Shown here: positions 19,511 to 28,847 of the stretch, in pieces
How positions within the stretch are numbered: position 1 is the stretch's first letter
How the letters are laid out: each line of letters opens with the position of its first letter
Assembly (NCBI GenBank): GCA_964492615.1
Contig: CAZBKZ010000008.1
Span: 13,865-77,864 of the forward strand
Direction of reading: 5' to 3'
DNA: 64,000 bases
DNA from: an uncultured Syntrophomonadaceae bacterium
GTDB lineage: Bacteria; Bacillota; Dethiobacteria; DTU022
Notes under the pieces: generated by a model
Told to the model about the DNA's origin: nothing
The model's database searches: none
What the model saw: the letters and a program-made list of their open reading frames with translations, nothing else
Position numbers and translations under genes: made by a program

Positions 19511-20884
19511 ATGGCAGATTGTAAAACATGTGGTATGTCATACGACCGGAATCAATATCAGGTATGCCCTTACTGCGGGGAAGAGTCCGGGGAGGATTCT
19601 GTTATTAATAAAGAGATGTCGGGCAGTGGAGCGGCAGTAAAAGAATCTGCCGGTGGCAGTAATGATCAAAAAGAAAAAAACAGGGGCTCGCTTGATTCAG
19701 ATAAAAGATCTGCCGCTAGCAGTTTAAAATATATTATAACCGGTGCAGTTGTTCTGGCAATAATAGCTGCTGTTATCTATGCTATATTTGCTTTCAGCAA
19801 TTCAGGTATTACTGTTCCTGATAAATATCCTACAATCCAGGAAGCCATTGATGCTGCTGAAGACGGAGACGTTATTGTTGTTCAGGTTGGCGTATACAGG
19901 GAAAATCTAGATTTCAGGGGAAAAAATATAACCCTGCAAAGTGTTGATCCCGATGACGAGGCTATTGTAGAGGAAACAATAATTGACGGTGGCGGAAGTG
20001 GAACCGTAGTATCTTTTCGCAGTGGTGAAGGCGAAGGGGCTGTTTTAAGCGGTTTAACCATTACCAGGGGTAGCGGTGTGTTAATTTCCGGTGGTAGCTC
20101 ACCGGTGATTGAAAAATGTGTTATTGAGGACAATAACGCAGAATTTGGAGCCGGTATTGCTATATTTGATTCCGCCCCGACAATCAGGAATAATACCATT
20201 AGAGGTAATTCGGGCTTTCTTGGAGGCGGATTATACATAGAAGAATCCTCGCCTTTAATTGAAAACAATCTGATCACCGGTAACCGGGCCGAAATGGGTA
20301 GCGGGCTCGTGATTATTTCAAACTCAGCTCCCGAACTGGTCGGTAACAGTATTGATAATAATACGGCTACCAGATTAGGCGGTGGTGTTGTTGTGGCAGT
20401 CTATTCCACCCCTGCTATCCGGGATAATTCTATTACCAATAACCGTGCTGAACTTAACGGGGGGGGGCTGCTAATCGAAGAGTCAGAGCCTTCGGTAGAA
20501 GATAATTTCATTTCTGCTAACAGGGCGGCCAACGGTGGAGGTATTTTTGTTGTTAATACATTAAGCAAAGCACTGGTGATCAGGAACAATAATATTTCTG
20601 ATAACCTTTCCTATATTGCAGGAGGAGGTCTTTACCTGGAAGGTTCCTCTCCCACTGTCGAAAACAACGAATTTAAAAATAATATATCCGAATACCTGGG
20701 AGGGGGAGCGGCAATTAATAACTCAGCCCCGTTTTTTGGTTCTAATATTTTCGAAAATAACCAGGCGCAGGATGTTGGCAGCGGGGGAGCAGTGTGGATA
20801 TCTGAAAACTCGGTATATGAAACAGCCGAGCCCGATACAAATAGGTATACCCGGAATGTACCGGATGATCTGTTTCAGCAATAA
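19511..20884 (+). CDS. Zinc-ribbon / single-TM / right-handed parallel beta-helix repeat protein (paralog 1)
   Basis: N-terminal C-x2-C...C-x2-C zinc ribbon (CKTCG...CPYCG), hydrophobic TM anchor, then repeated ..GGG(L/I).I..S.P.I..N.I..N.A beta-helix turns (PbH1/NosD-like). Confidence 0.6.
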   Translation: MADCKTCGMSYDRNQYQVCPYCGEESGEDSVINKEMSGSGAAVKESAGGSNDQKEKNRGSLDSDKRSAASSLKYIITGAVVLAIIAAVIYAIFAFSNSGITVPDKYPTIQEAIDAAEDGDVIVVQVGVYRENLDFRGKNITLQSVDPDDEAIVEETIIDGGGSGTVVSFRSGEGEGAVLSGLTITRGSGVLISGGSSPVIEKCVIEDNNAEFGAGIAIFDSAPTIRNNTIRGNSGFLGGGLYIEESSPLIENNLITGNRAEMGSGLVIISNSAPELVGNSIDNNTATRLGGGVVVAVYSTPAIRDNSITNNRAELNGGGLLIEESEPSVEDNFISANRAANGGGIFVVNTLSKALVIRNNNISDNLSYIAGGGLYLEGSSPTVENNEFKNNISEYLGGGAAINNSAPFFGSNIFENNQAQDVGSGGAVWISENSVYETAEPDTNRYTRNVPDDLFQQ

Positions 20885-20931
20885 AGAATCCCGAAGGGGA
20901 TGATTGTTGCCAGAAAGGAGCACTTGATAAC

Positions 20932-22611
20932 ATGTCAGAAAAAAACGGAGGAATCTCCGCGAAGTATAAAATAATTGTTGTGGGAGCAGTCGTACTCATT
21001 GCCGCAGTGATTGCCGCAGTAATGCTCTATAATCCCAACATTTCTGTTCCAGGCAAATACAGGACTATTCAGCAGGCAATTGAGGCGGCATCAGATGGTG
21101 ATATCATCGTTGTGGAGCCCGGAGTTTATTATGAGCAGATTAACTTTATGGGGAAAGAGATAATTATTCGCAGCACCGATCCTGATGATCCTGAAGTTGT
21201 TGCGGCTACAATTATAGACGGCCGTAAAAGGGGTTCGGTTGTTACCTTTAACAGCGGGGAAGGACAGGATGCAGTGTTGGAAGGCTTTACTGTAACAGGT
21301 GGGGTAGGAACCCTGCTGATGCTTGAGCACCAGTATGATGGCGAAGATATTGTAAATGAAGGTTACTACGGTGGTGGCATCCTGGTTAGCAACGGCAGTT
21401 CGCCCACAATAACAAAGAATGTAATCAGGGGGAATAGTGTTGATCTTGACGGTGGAGGGATAGCGGTTCAGGAAAACTCTAACCCTGCAATAACCGGTAA
21501 TGTTTTTGAGAATAACAATGCTTTTAACGGCGGGGCAATATCAATATGGCAGTCGAGCCCTGCCATTGAAGATAATCAGTTCGAAGATAATCAGGCCGGC
21601 TACCTTGGTGGAGCTATTCTTGTTGATTTTGACTCTTCACCCGTGATTGATAACAATGAGATATTTAATAACGGTTCTACCAGCGGCGGCGCTATAGCGG
21701 TATGGTATAGCAACCCGATCATATCAGCTAACAGTATCCATAATAACTCAGCAATATGGTACGGTGGAGGCATAGCAGTTTTTGATTCATCGCCCAGTAT
21801 TGATAGTAACACTATTTCTAGAAATTCGGCGACCAATAACGGTGGTGGCCTGGCAGTGGCTGAAAATTCTTCTCCCATTATCAGTAACAATATTATATCC
21901 CGTAACTATACCGAAGAAAACGGTGGAGGGATAGCTGTTATTGAAGGTTCTTCACCGTTGATTCTTGATAACGACATATCTGAAAATGCAGTTTTATATG
22001 GCGGGGGAGGAATCTACATTAATGATTCCAGCGCTGAAGTCAGCGGGACCAACCTTTCCGGCAACCTGGTTCAGCAGGATGGCGGTGGCCTTGCCGTGTT
22101 AGCCGGTTCAACGTTAGTAATTGGCAACAGTATAATTGATGACAATACTGCCGGCAGGGCCGGAGGTGGGCTGGTTATTGGCGACGGTTCTACAGTTACA
22201 ATAGAAGATTGTACTATATCGGGGAATAAGGCAATTACGGGTGGCGGCATTATTTCACAGGCATCTGAATCGAATGTGGTAAGAACAATTATTTCAGACA
22301 ACATTGCTCAGGCCGGTTCCGGCGGCGGGGTTTTTCTGATGGTTAATTCAAACGGCTCGTTTAGCAATTGTGATTTTATCGGCAACCAGGCCAACGAGTT
22401 TGGTGGAGGCATGGTGATTTTTGATGATTCCTCTGCAATGTTGCGCGGAAATGCTTTCACAGGTAATGAAGCCCAAATGGGCGGCGCCTATATAGGGTTT
22501 GGCGATGCCAGCATCGATATTACCGAACCGGATGACAACACCTATAACAATAATATCCCTGAGGATGTAGATCCTGTTGTTGAAGAGGGTGAAACGGTAG
22601 AGGATGAATAA
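20932..22611 (+). CDS. TM-anchored right-handed parallel beta-helix repeat protein (paralog 2) with acidic C-terminus
   Basis: The region after the TM helix aligns with paralog 1 (KYRTIQQAIEAASDGDIIVV / KYPTIQEAIDAAEDGDVIVV). About 14 PbH1-like repeats; 559 aa. Confidence 0.6.
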   Translation: MSEKNGGISAKYKIIVVGAVVLIAAVIAAVMLYNPNISVPGKYRTIQQAIEAASDGDIIVVEPGVYYEQINFMGKEIIIRSTDPDDPEVVAATIIDGRKRGSVVTFNSGEGQDAVLEGFTVTGGVGTLLMLEHQYDGEDIVNEGYYGGGILVSNGSSPTITKNVIRGNSVDLDGGGIAVQENSNPAITGNVFENNNAFNGGAISIWQSSPAIEDNQFEDNQAGYLGGAILVDFDSSPVIDNNEIFNNGSTSGGAIAVWYSNPIISANSIHNNSAIWYGGGIAVFDSSPSIDSNTISRNSATNNGGGLAVAENSSPIISNNIISRNYTEENGGGIAVIEGSSPLILDNDISENAVLYGGGGIYINDSSAEVSGTNLSGNLVQQDGGGLAVLAGSTLVIGNSIIDDNTAGRAGGGLVIGDGSTVTIEDCTISGNKAITGGGIISQASESNVVRTIISDNIAQAGSGGGVFLMVNSNGSFSNCDFIGNQANEFGGGMVIFDDSSAMLRGNAFTGNEAQMGGAYIGFGDASIDITEPDDNTYNNNIPEDVDPVVEEGETVEDE

Positions 22612-22639
22612 GTGGGTTTGATATTCTGGTAGCATTTAT

Positions 22640-22700
22640 AAACCGGGAGGCATTTACTCTTTATAATATAAGTAATGTCTCCCGGTTTATTTTACTAAGC
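22640..22700. terminator. Bidirectional terminator-like hairpin between beta-helix paralog 2 (+) and cdr (-)
   Basis: aaaccgggag...ctcccggttt stem with a large internal loop, then a tttatttt run. Confidence 0.4.
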
Positions 22701-22710
22701 GCAGTATTTT

Positions 22711-24375
22711 TTAAGACATCAGCTTGTTTTCACTTTCCAGCGCCTGGTAAGTTCGATATCCTCCGTTCAGATTCTTCACTTTTTTAAAATGTTTTTGTTT
22801 AAGAATTCTCTTGGCGAAATAAGAACGCAAACCTATACTGCAGTATGTTACTGTTTCTTTTTTCGGATCAAGCTCATTCACCCTCTCCCTGATTGCACCG
22901 AGGGGAATGTTGATGCTGCCGGCGATATTGCCTTCTTCATATTCTTCAACTTCCCGAACATCAATGATCTGCCGATCAGGGGTAAGATTATTTATAAGAT
23001 CTGCTGCTTCGGTTGTTTCATAGTCTGCATCAAGCAAATTAGAGGCAACAAAACCAACCATATTCACAGGGTCTTTTGCCGAAGAATAAGGAGGTGCATA
23101 GGATAGCTCGAGGTCGTGCAGGTCGTATACTGTAAGCCCGGCCCTGAGAGCGGTGGCAATTACGTCTATTCTTTTTTCAACACCACTGTAACCTACAGCC
23201 TGGGCCCCGAGGATGTTCCCTTCCGAGCTGAACAGTAGTTTCAGGGAGATGGGCTTGGCCCCGGGGTAATAACCGGCATGATCATTGGGATGAACAATTA
23301 TTTTATTATATTCAATATTTTCGGCCTGCAGTAATCTTTCATTGGCACCGGTTGTTGCTACTGTCATGTCAAATATTTTTAATACAGAGGTTCCCTGGGT
23401 TCCCTTGTAGCGATCTTTGCGTCCGGCAATATTGTTAGCGACGATCCGTCCCTGTTTGTTTGCCGGACCGGCCAGGGGGATAACTGCCGGTTTTCCTGTA
23501 ACAAGATGCTTAACTTCCACGGCATCACCAAGTGCAAAAATAGCCGGATCACTGGTTTGCATCCTGCTGTTTACAATAATGCCCCGGTTTACTTCTAGTC
23601 CAGACTCCGAAGCAAGCTTGATTTCCGGTTTTACACCGATTGAAAGAACTACCAGGTCAGTATTTAACATTTCACCATCGGACAGCTCAACGCTAAGGCT
23701 TTTATTATTACCCTCATGGAATTCTTTGACCCCATTCCCAAGGCGAAGATTCATGTTCATTTCACGCATGTATTGTTGCACCAGGGCAGCCATTTCGTGA
23801 TCGATGGGGGGTAAAACCTGGGGAGCAAGCTCAACCACGGTTATTTCAAGGCCCCTGTGCTGAAGGTTCTCGGCCATTTCCAGGCCTATATAGCCGGCCC
23901 CAACTACTACTGCTCTTCCGGGATTGGCAGTTCTGATAAAGTCAAAAAGCCTATCGGTGTCGCTCACGCTGCGCATACTGAAAATCTTTTTGTTATCAAT
24001 GCCTGGCAGGGGGGGGCGAATTGGCTCAGCTCCGGGAGATAAAACAAGATAATCATAATTTTCCCTGTAACTATCACCTGTCCGGAGATTGGAAATCTCA
24101 ACTTCCTTATTGTCTCGGTCAATTCTTACCGCTTCACTCTTTGTCCGTATATCGATATTAAACCAGCTTTTAAATTTTTCCGGGGTCATCACGAAAAGTT
24201 CTTCACGATCTTCGATGGTGCCGCCAATGTAATAAGGAAGGCCACAGTTGGCGTATGATATATATTCACCCTTTTCAATCAATATGATCTCTGCATTTTC
24301 ATTCAGCCGCCTCAGGCGAGCGGCGGTAGAAGCTCCTCCGGCTACGCCTCCGATTATTATAACTTTGTTTGCCAT
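22711..24375 (-). CDS. cdr: CoA-disulfide reductase / NADH oxidase family flavoprotein with C-terminal rhodanese domain (CoADR-RHD)
   Basis: FAD-binding GGVAGG, redox Cys in SYANCGLPY, C-terminal rhodanese with active-site CSIGLRS. The start at MANKVIIIGG follows an AGGGGGA RBS. Confidence 0.8.
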   Translation of the reverse strand: MANKVIIIGGVAGGASTAARLRRLNENAEIILIEKGEYISYANCGLPYYIGGTIEDREELFVMTPEKFKSWFNIDIRTKSEAVRIDRDNKEVEISNLRTGDSYRENYDYLVLSPGAEPIRPPLPGIDNKKIFSMRSVSDTDRLFDFIRTANPGRAVVVGAGYIGLEMAENLQHRGLEITVVELAPQVLPPIDHEMAALVQQYMREMNMNLRLGNGVKEFHEGNNKSLSVELSDGEMLNTDLVVLSIGVKPEIKLASESGLEVNRGIIVNSRMQTSDPAIFALGDAVEVKHLVTGKPAVIPLAGPANKQGRIVANNIAGRKDRYKGTQGTSVLKIFDMTVATTGANERLLQAENIEYNKIIVHPNDHAGYYPGAKPISLKLLFSSEGNILGAQAVGYSGVEKRIDVIATALRAGLTVYDLHDLELSYAPPYSSAKDPVNMVGFVASNLLDADYETTEAADLINNLTPDRQIIDVREVEEYEEGNIAGSINIPLGAIRERVNELDPKKETVTYCSIGLRSYFAKRILKQKHFKKVKNLNGGYRTYQALESENKLMS

Positions 24376-24538
24376 AACCTTATATCCCCCTTGAATTATC
24401 AATGTTAATTATTATAACATAATATTACAATATATCAATTTAATTTTAACCCTGGTTGACAAAATGATCAGCTTAAATTACGATTATCAGCAGCATTTGT
24501 TTCATTAAATTTTAATAAAGAATCGGGGAAGCGAAACA

Positions 24539-25294
24539 GTGTATATTGAAAATATAAGTCCGGTGCTTTTTACGATCGGTCCTTTTGTTGTTCGCCTTTA
24601 CGGGGTTATGTTTGCCCTTTCTGTTTTAATTGGGTTCTATTATATCCGCAAATACGGAGAGAAAAAAGGTTTTGATGATGATTTCATTTTTACTCTCTTT
24701 ATCTTCATGCTTCTGGCAATTGTTATCGGGGCGAGAGCGGTGTATGTATTTGCCAACTGGTCATATTTTATGGAACACCCTGAACTGATTATCCGTACTG
24801 ATCGAGGCGGACTGGCTTTTCACGGCGGTTTGCTGGGCGGTATTATCAGTAGCTGGGTTTACTGCCTCTATAAAAAAGCGAGTTGGCGTGAGCTGGCAGA
24901 CCTGGCTGTCCCCGGGATTTGTGTGGGGATCATGCTTGTACGGATAGCTAATATTTTTAACCAGGAAATACTGGGACGTCATGCCGAGCTGCTTTTTTTC
25001 GATCGTCATCCTGCTCAGATTTACGGTTCTTTGATTGGGTTAATCATGCTTATTATACACAACCGGTTGGCGAAGAATAGTAATCGTAAACCAGGGTATC
25101 TTTTTTGGAATTTTGTTCTCGGTTATACTATTCTCAGAGGGTTTTTTGAAGAAACTTTCAGGGAAATGCCTCTAATCATCTGGGGCTACATAAACGAAGG
25201 TTGGGGTTTTGGTTTCTTCACTGCGGTCCAGGTATTTACCCCTTTTATTTTACTCCTTGCTATTTTCATGCTGCACAAGATCAGGCAAAGCTGA
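24539..25294 (+). CDS. lgt: Prolipoprotein diacylglyceryl transferase
   Basis: Lgt-like hydrophobic profile and the conserved G..HGGLLGG signature (AFHGGLLGGI); 251 aa. Confidence 0.65.
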   Translation: MYIENISPVLFTIGPFVVRLYGVMFALSVLIGFYYIRKYGEKKGFDDDFIFTLFIFMLLAIVIGARAVYVFANWSYFMEHPELIIRTDRGGLAFHGGLLGGIISSWVYCLYKKASWRELADLAVPGICVGIMLVRIANIFNQEILGRHAELLFFDRHPAQIYGSLIGLIMLIIHNRLAKNSNRKPGYLFWNFVLGYTILRGFFEETFREMPLIIWGYINEGWGFGFFTAVQVFTPFILLLAIFMLHKIRQS

Positions 25295-25415
25295 AAACTT
25301 CAGGTCTGAATGTTGGCTTTATGCAATATAATTGCCTTGAAGACCCATTTATTTTAAACAGCTAAACCTTAAAAAGTTTGGCCAGCCTGTTCCTGCCCAT
25401 TTGATTCACCGTTTC

Positions 25416-25444
25416 TTGACAGTTGAAGGACTGAAATGTAAAAT
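25416..25444 (+). promoter_or_regulatory. Sigma-70-type promoter for msrB (TTGACA, 17-nt spacer, TAAAAT)
   Basis: Consensus -35 and near-consensus -10 about 70 nt upstream of the msrB start. Confidence 0.4.
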
Positions 25445-25514
25445 AATATTAGTATATTATAATATAAAGATGCATAGACAAATCAATTTATGCTTGTTTA
25501 CAGGGGTGAGGCAA

Positions 25515-26066
25515 ATGAGAGATTCAACAGTTAAAATAATTATTTTATTTTTGGTGGTTTTGGCAACCCTGTTAACTGCCGGTTGTGCAGGGAATAGAGT
25601 TAGTGATTATAGCCGTGAAGAGTTTTTAGCCGAGGAGGATGAGATTGTGAATGATTTACGTGAACGTTTGACCGACCTACAGTATGCTGTTACGCAGGAG
25701 GATGCAACTGAACCGGCTTTTAAGAATGAATACTGGGATTTAAAAGAAGAAGGAATCTATGTAGATATTGTATCTGGAGAACCGCTATTCAGTTCGCTGG
25801 ACAAGTTCGATTCTGGTTCAGGATGGCCAAGCTTTACCCGGCCTATAGACGATAGTAGTATTGTTGAAAAGCAAGACATGGGTTTCGGTATGGTGCGTAC
25901 AGAAGTGAGAAGCAGTATCGCCGATTCACATTTGGGGCACCTGTTTCCTGACGGCCCCCAACCAACTGGTTTGCGCTACTGCATTAATTCAGCCGCCCTA
26001 AGATTCATTCCACGGGAGAGGCTTGAGGAAGAAGGTTATGGCAGCTATCTCAAGCTATTTGAATAG
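25515..26066 (+). CDS. msrB: Peptide-methionine (R)-S-oxide reductase MsrB, exported lipoprotein form
   Basis: Lipobox LLTAGC. MsrB core [22 protein letters not shown] and catalytic RYCINSAAL (Cys, not Sec). Confidence 0.8.
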   Translation: MRDSTVKIIILFLVVLATLLTAGCAGNRVSDYSREEFLAEEDEIVNDLRERLTDLQYAVTQEDATEPAFKNEYWDLKEEGIYVDIVSGEPLFSSLDKFDSGSGWPSFTRPIDDSSIVEKQDMGFGMVRTEVRSSIADSHLGHLFPDGPQPTGLRYCINSAALRFIPRERLEEEGYGSYLKLFE

Positions 26067-26095
26067 CAAAACAGTATAATAAGGATAAAAATTTT

Positions 26096-26124
26096 TAGCG
26101 GAGGGGCAGCCCTCCGCTTTTTAT
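26096..26124 (+). terminator. Rho-independent terminator after msrB
   Basis: agcggaggg-cagc-cctccgct-ttttatt. Confidence 0.65.
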
Positions 26125-26245
26125 TGCTGTTAGATAAAAGAGAAGTTATTGACTACTAGCATTTATAATGTTATATTACGTGTTAGGGTTTACTAACAAT
26201 GGTGCGTCACTAATAATCAGAAGCTGATTGAAGGGAGAGGAACCC

Positions 26246-26644
26246 ATGGAACTTCCAGTGCCGGTTACATCTTCACTTCAGGATTACCTGGAAACTATCT
26301 TAAACCTTATTGAAGAAAACAAGGTGGCAAGGGTTACAGATATTGCAGAGCGCCTTAATATTGCCAAGCCGAGTGTTATACAGGCTCTGACCCTTTTAAA
26401 AGAAAAGAATTTGATTGAACAGGAGCGTTACGGGCCTGTCAAGTTAACAGCCAAAGGACGAGGTTATGCGCAAAGTGTTCAGCACAGGCATACGATTATC
26501 TTTAAATTCTTAACACAGGTGCTTGGAGTATCACCGCAGGCTGCTGAAAAGGATGCTTGCCTGATGGAACATGATTTAAGCAGTGAATCTTTTCACTGTT
26601 TGCTTAAATATCTTGAAAACCATGATATTGATGCCGGTTTATAA
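26246..26644 (+). CDS. DtxR/MntR-family metal-dependent transcriptional repressor
   Basis: LQDYLETI...VARVTDIAERLNIAKPSV helix-turn-helix and metal-binding helix pattern of the DtxR family. It lies directly upstream of feoA-feoB. Confidence 0.7.
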   Translation: MELPVPVTSSLQDYLETILNLIEENKVARVTDIAERLNIAKPSVIQALTLLKEKNLIEQERYGPVKLTAKGRGYAQSVQHRHTIIFKFLTQVLGVSPQAAEKDACLMEHDLSSESFHCLLKYLENHDIDAGL

Positions 26645-26697
26645 AGAAGATACTAAACGTTACGACTAAATGCCAGAAATATTCGGAGGTGTTAAAC

Positions 26698-26955
26698 ATG
26701 GTAGTTAACCTGGTGGAAATGAAGTCCGGTCAGAGCGGTGTAATTGCAGCTTTACAGGGTGGACCGGGTTTTTCAGAAAAGCTTGGTCATATTGGAATTC
26801 GCAGAGGTAAGATGGTTAAAAAGATCAGCTCTGTTTTCAGGCGCGGTCCGGTTACCATATCAATTGACAATTTCCAGGTGGCGATCGGTTATGGGAAAGC
26901 AGTAAGAATAATGGTGGAGGTTAATAACGATGAGAAAAATAGTCCTGGTCGGTAA
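26698..26955 (+). CDS. feoA: Ferrous iron transport protein A
   Basis: Small SH3-like FeoA (MVVNLVEMKSGQSGVI...). RBS GGAGGTG precedes the start. Confidence 0.75.
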   Translation: MVVNLVEMKSGQSGVIAALQGGPGFSEKLGHIGIRRGKMVKKISSVFRRGPVTISIDNFQVAIGYGKAVRIMVEVNNDEKNSPGR

Positions 26956-28759
26956 TCCCAATGTGGGCAAGAGTGTAATTTTTTCCACCCTTACCGGTTC
27001 CAGGGTTATGATCTCAAATTATGCTGGAACCACTGTAGAATATACAAGAGGTGAATTGACAATCGGTGAAGAAACCTTCGAGGTTTTAGATGCTCCGGGA
27101 ACTTACAGCCTCGATCCTTCATCGAAAGTTGAAGAAGTAGCTGCATCGCTGGTTGATAAGGCCGATATTGTTGTAAATGTGGTTGATGCTACAAATCTGG
27201 AACGCAACCTGCTCTTAACTTCGGAAGTTCTTGAAAAAGATGTGCCTGTTATCGTTGCCCTCAATATGGTTGATGAAGCAGGTCACAAAGGGGTTAAGAT
27301 AGACGTGGCCATATTGTCCGGTTTACTTGGTGCCCCGGTTGTCCCTACGGTAGCGGTTAGCGGCGAAGGGCTCAGGAAACTTGTAGATTCCTTGCCCATG
27401 GCGGTTAATCAAAACCGAAAGGCACTTTCCACGGCTGACCGCTGGGTTTATGTGGGAGATATAGTCAAGCAGGTTCAAGAAATTACCCACCGTCATCACA
27501 GCTGGCTTGAATCTCTGCAGGATGCCAGCTTGAAGCCAATAACCGGTATCCCCATCGCTGCCGCAATAATGTACGTCGCCTTTCAGATTGTAATTGGCCT
27601 GGGGGAACTGATAGCTGTATTTATAGAAGAATATATTTTCGAAGGGCTTTATGAACCGCTGCTTGTTAATCTGAGCAGGGTGCTTGGTGGTGAAGGATTT
27701 ATACATAATATATTGATCGGCACTCTGATTGAAGGGGAGATAGAGTTTGAGGAATCACTTGGTGTCTTAACTACCGGCGTATTTGTTGAGTTTGGTGTGG
27801 TGCTGCCTTTTTTAACTGTTTTTTACCTCGTCCTCGGTTTTTTAGAAGACTCCGGTTACCTGCCACGCCTCGCAGTTATGGTTGACCGTGCTCTGCACAG
27901 GGTAGGTCTGCATGGCTATTCCATTATACCGATGGTTCTTGGATTCGGTTGTAATGTTCCTGCAGCCCTGGCTGCCAGAAACCTGGAAAGCCGCCGGGAG
28001 AAATTTATAGTTTGTACTCTAATGGCTATCGCTGTACCATGTATGGCCCAGCTGGCAATGATTGTTGGCCTGGTAGGTCGTTATGGAGGGGCATACCTGG
28101 CAGTGGTTTTCGCTACCCTGTTTTTTATCTGGATCATCCTTGGCCTGATAATCGACCGCTTTATGCCTGGTTATACACCTTCAATGGTTATTGAAATACC
28201 TCCCTATCGTATTCCCAGCATCAAGGCCCAGATGAAAAAGCTGGGAATGAGAGTAAAGGGTTTGGTGGTACATGCCACTCCCTATATTCTCGGGGGTATT
28301 CTTTTGGTTAATATTTTGTATACCAGCGGCATAGTGGAATATATAGGAGTTGTTTTCACCCCGGTTATTACCGGTGTCCTGGGGTTGCCTGGTGAGGCTG
28401 TGTCTACCTTGCTGGTAGGCTTTCTGAGAAAAGATGTGGCCGTAGCTATGCTGGTGCCCCTGGGACTCGATGCCAGGCAATTCGTAATCGGGGCAGTAGT
28501 ACTTGCTGCTTATTTCCCCTGTGTGGCCACTTTTTCTGTGCTTGTCAGGGAACTAGGTGCCAAAGACATGTTAAAGTCTGCCGTAATAATGATTATAACA
28601 GCCTTTTCAGCCGGATTCATGCTCAACATCTTACTCGACCGGATAGTACCGGCACCTTACCTGGCTGCGGGGCTGGTATTAACGGCAATTATACTGGCCA
28701 TATTACTGGGCAGCACTTCTGACCGCAGAGAAATGAAGGATCTGGACAGCGCTGCCTGA
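26930..28759 (+). CDS. feoB: Ferrous iron transport protein B (GTPase plus permease)
   Basis: N-terminal G-domain GNPNVGKS, DAPG, NMVD, followed by gate-motif membrane domains; 609 aa. Confidence 0.9.
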   Translation: MRKIVLVGNPNVGKSVIFSTLTGSRVMISNYAGTTVEYTRGELTIGEETFEVLDAPGTYSLDPSSKVEEVAASLVDKADIVVNVVDATNLERNLLLTSEVLEKDVPVIVALNMVDEAGHKGVKIDVAILSGLLGAPVVPTVAVSGEGLRKLVDSLPMAVNQNRKALSTADRWVYVGDIVKQVQEITHRHHSWLESLQDASLKPITGIPIAAAIMYVAFQIVIGLGELIAVFIEEYIFEGLYEPLLVNLSRVLGGEGFIHNILIGTLIEGEIEFEESLGVLTTGVFVEFGVVLPFLTVFYLVLGFLEDSGYLPRLAVMVDRALHRVGLHGYSIIPMVLGFGCNVPAALAARNLESRREKFIVCTLMAIAVPCMAQLAMIVGLVGRYGGAYLAVVFATLFFIWIILGLIIDRFMPGYTPSMVIEIPPYRIPSIKAQMKKLGMRVKGLVVHATPYILGGILLVNILYTSGIVEYIGVVFTPVITGVLGLPGEAVSTLLVGFLRKDVAVAMLVPLGLDARQFVIGAVVLAAYFPCVATFSVLVRELGAKDMLKSAVIMIITAFSAGFMLNILLDRIVPAPYLAAGLVLTAIILAILLGSTSDRREMKDLDSAA

Positions 28760-28792
28760 TTTAAAGGTGAGACAGCTTCCGGGAAATAAAAG

Positions 28793-28830
28793 AGAGACAT
28801 GCACCGTAGTAAATAGTATGTCTCTTTTCT
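28793..28830. terminator. Bidirectional terminator between feoB (+) and hisF (-)
   Basis: agagacat...atgtctct stem followed by ttttct. Confidence 0.5.
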
Positions 28831-28847
28831 TATCCTGAAAGAGCTGT

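Noticed and set aside
19882-22304. Minus-strand Pro-rich ORFs inside the beta-helix genes
   Set aside because: They are a product of the repetitive GGN-rich coding sequence read in reverse, and the plus-strand PbH1 frames are clearly the real genes.
25515-26066. Possible selenocysteine in MsrB
   Set aside because: The catalytic position reads RYCINSAAL with an ordinary Cys codon and no in-frame UGA.
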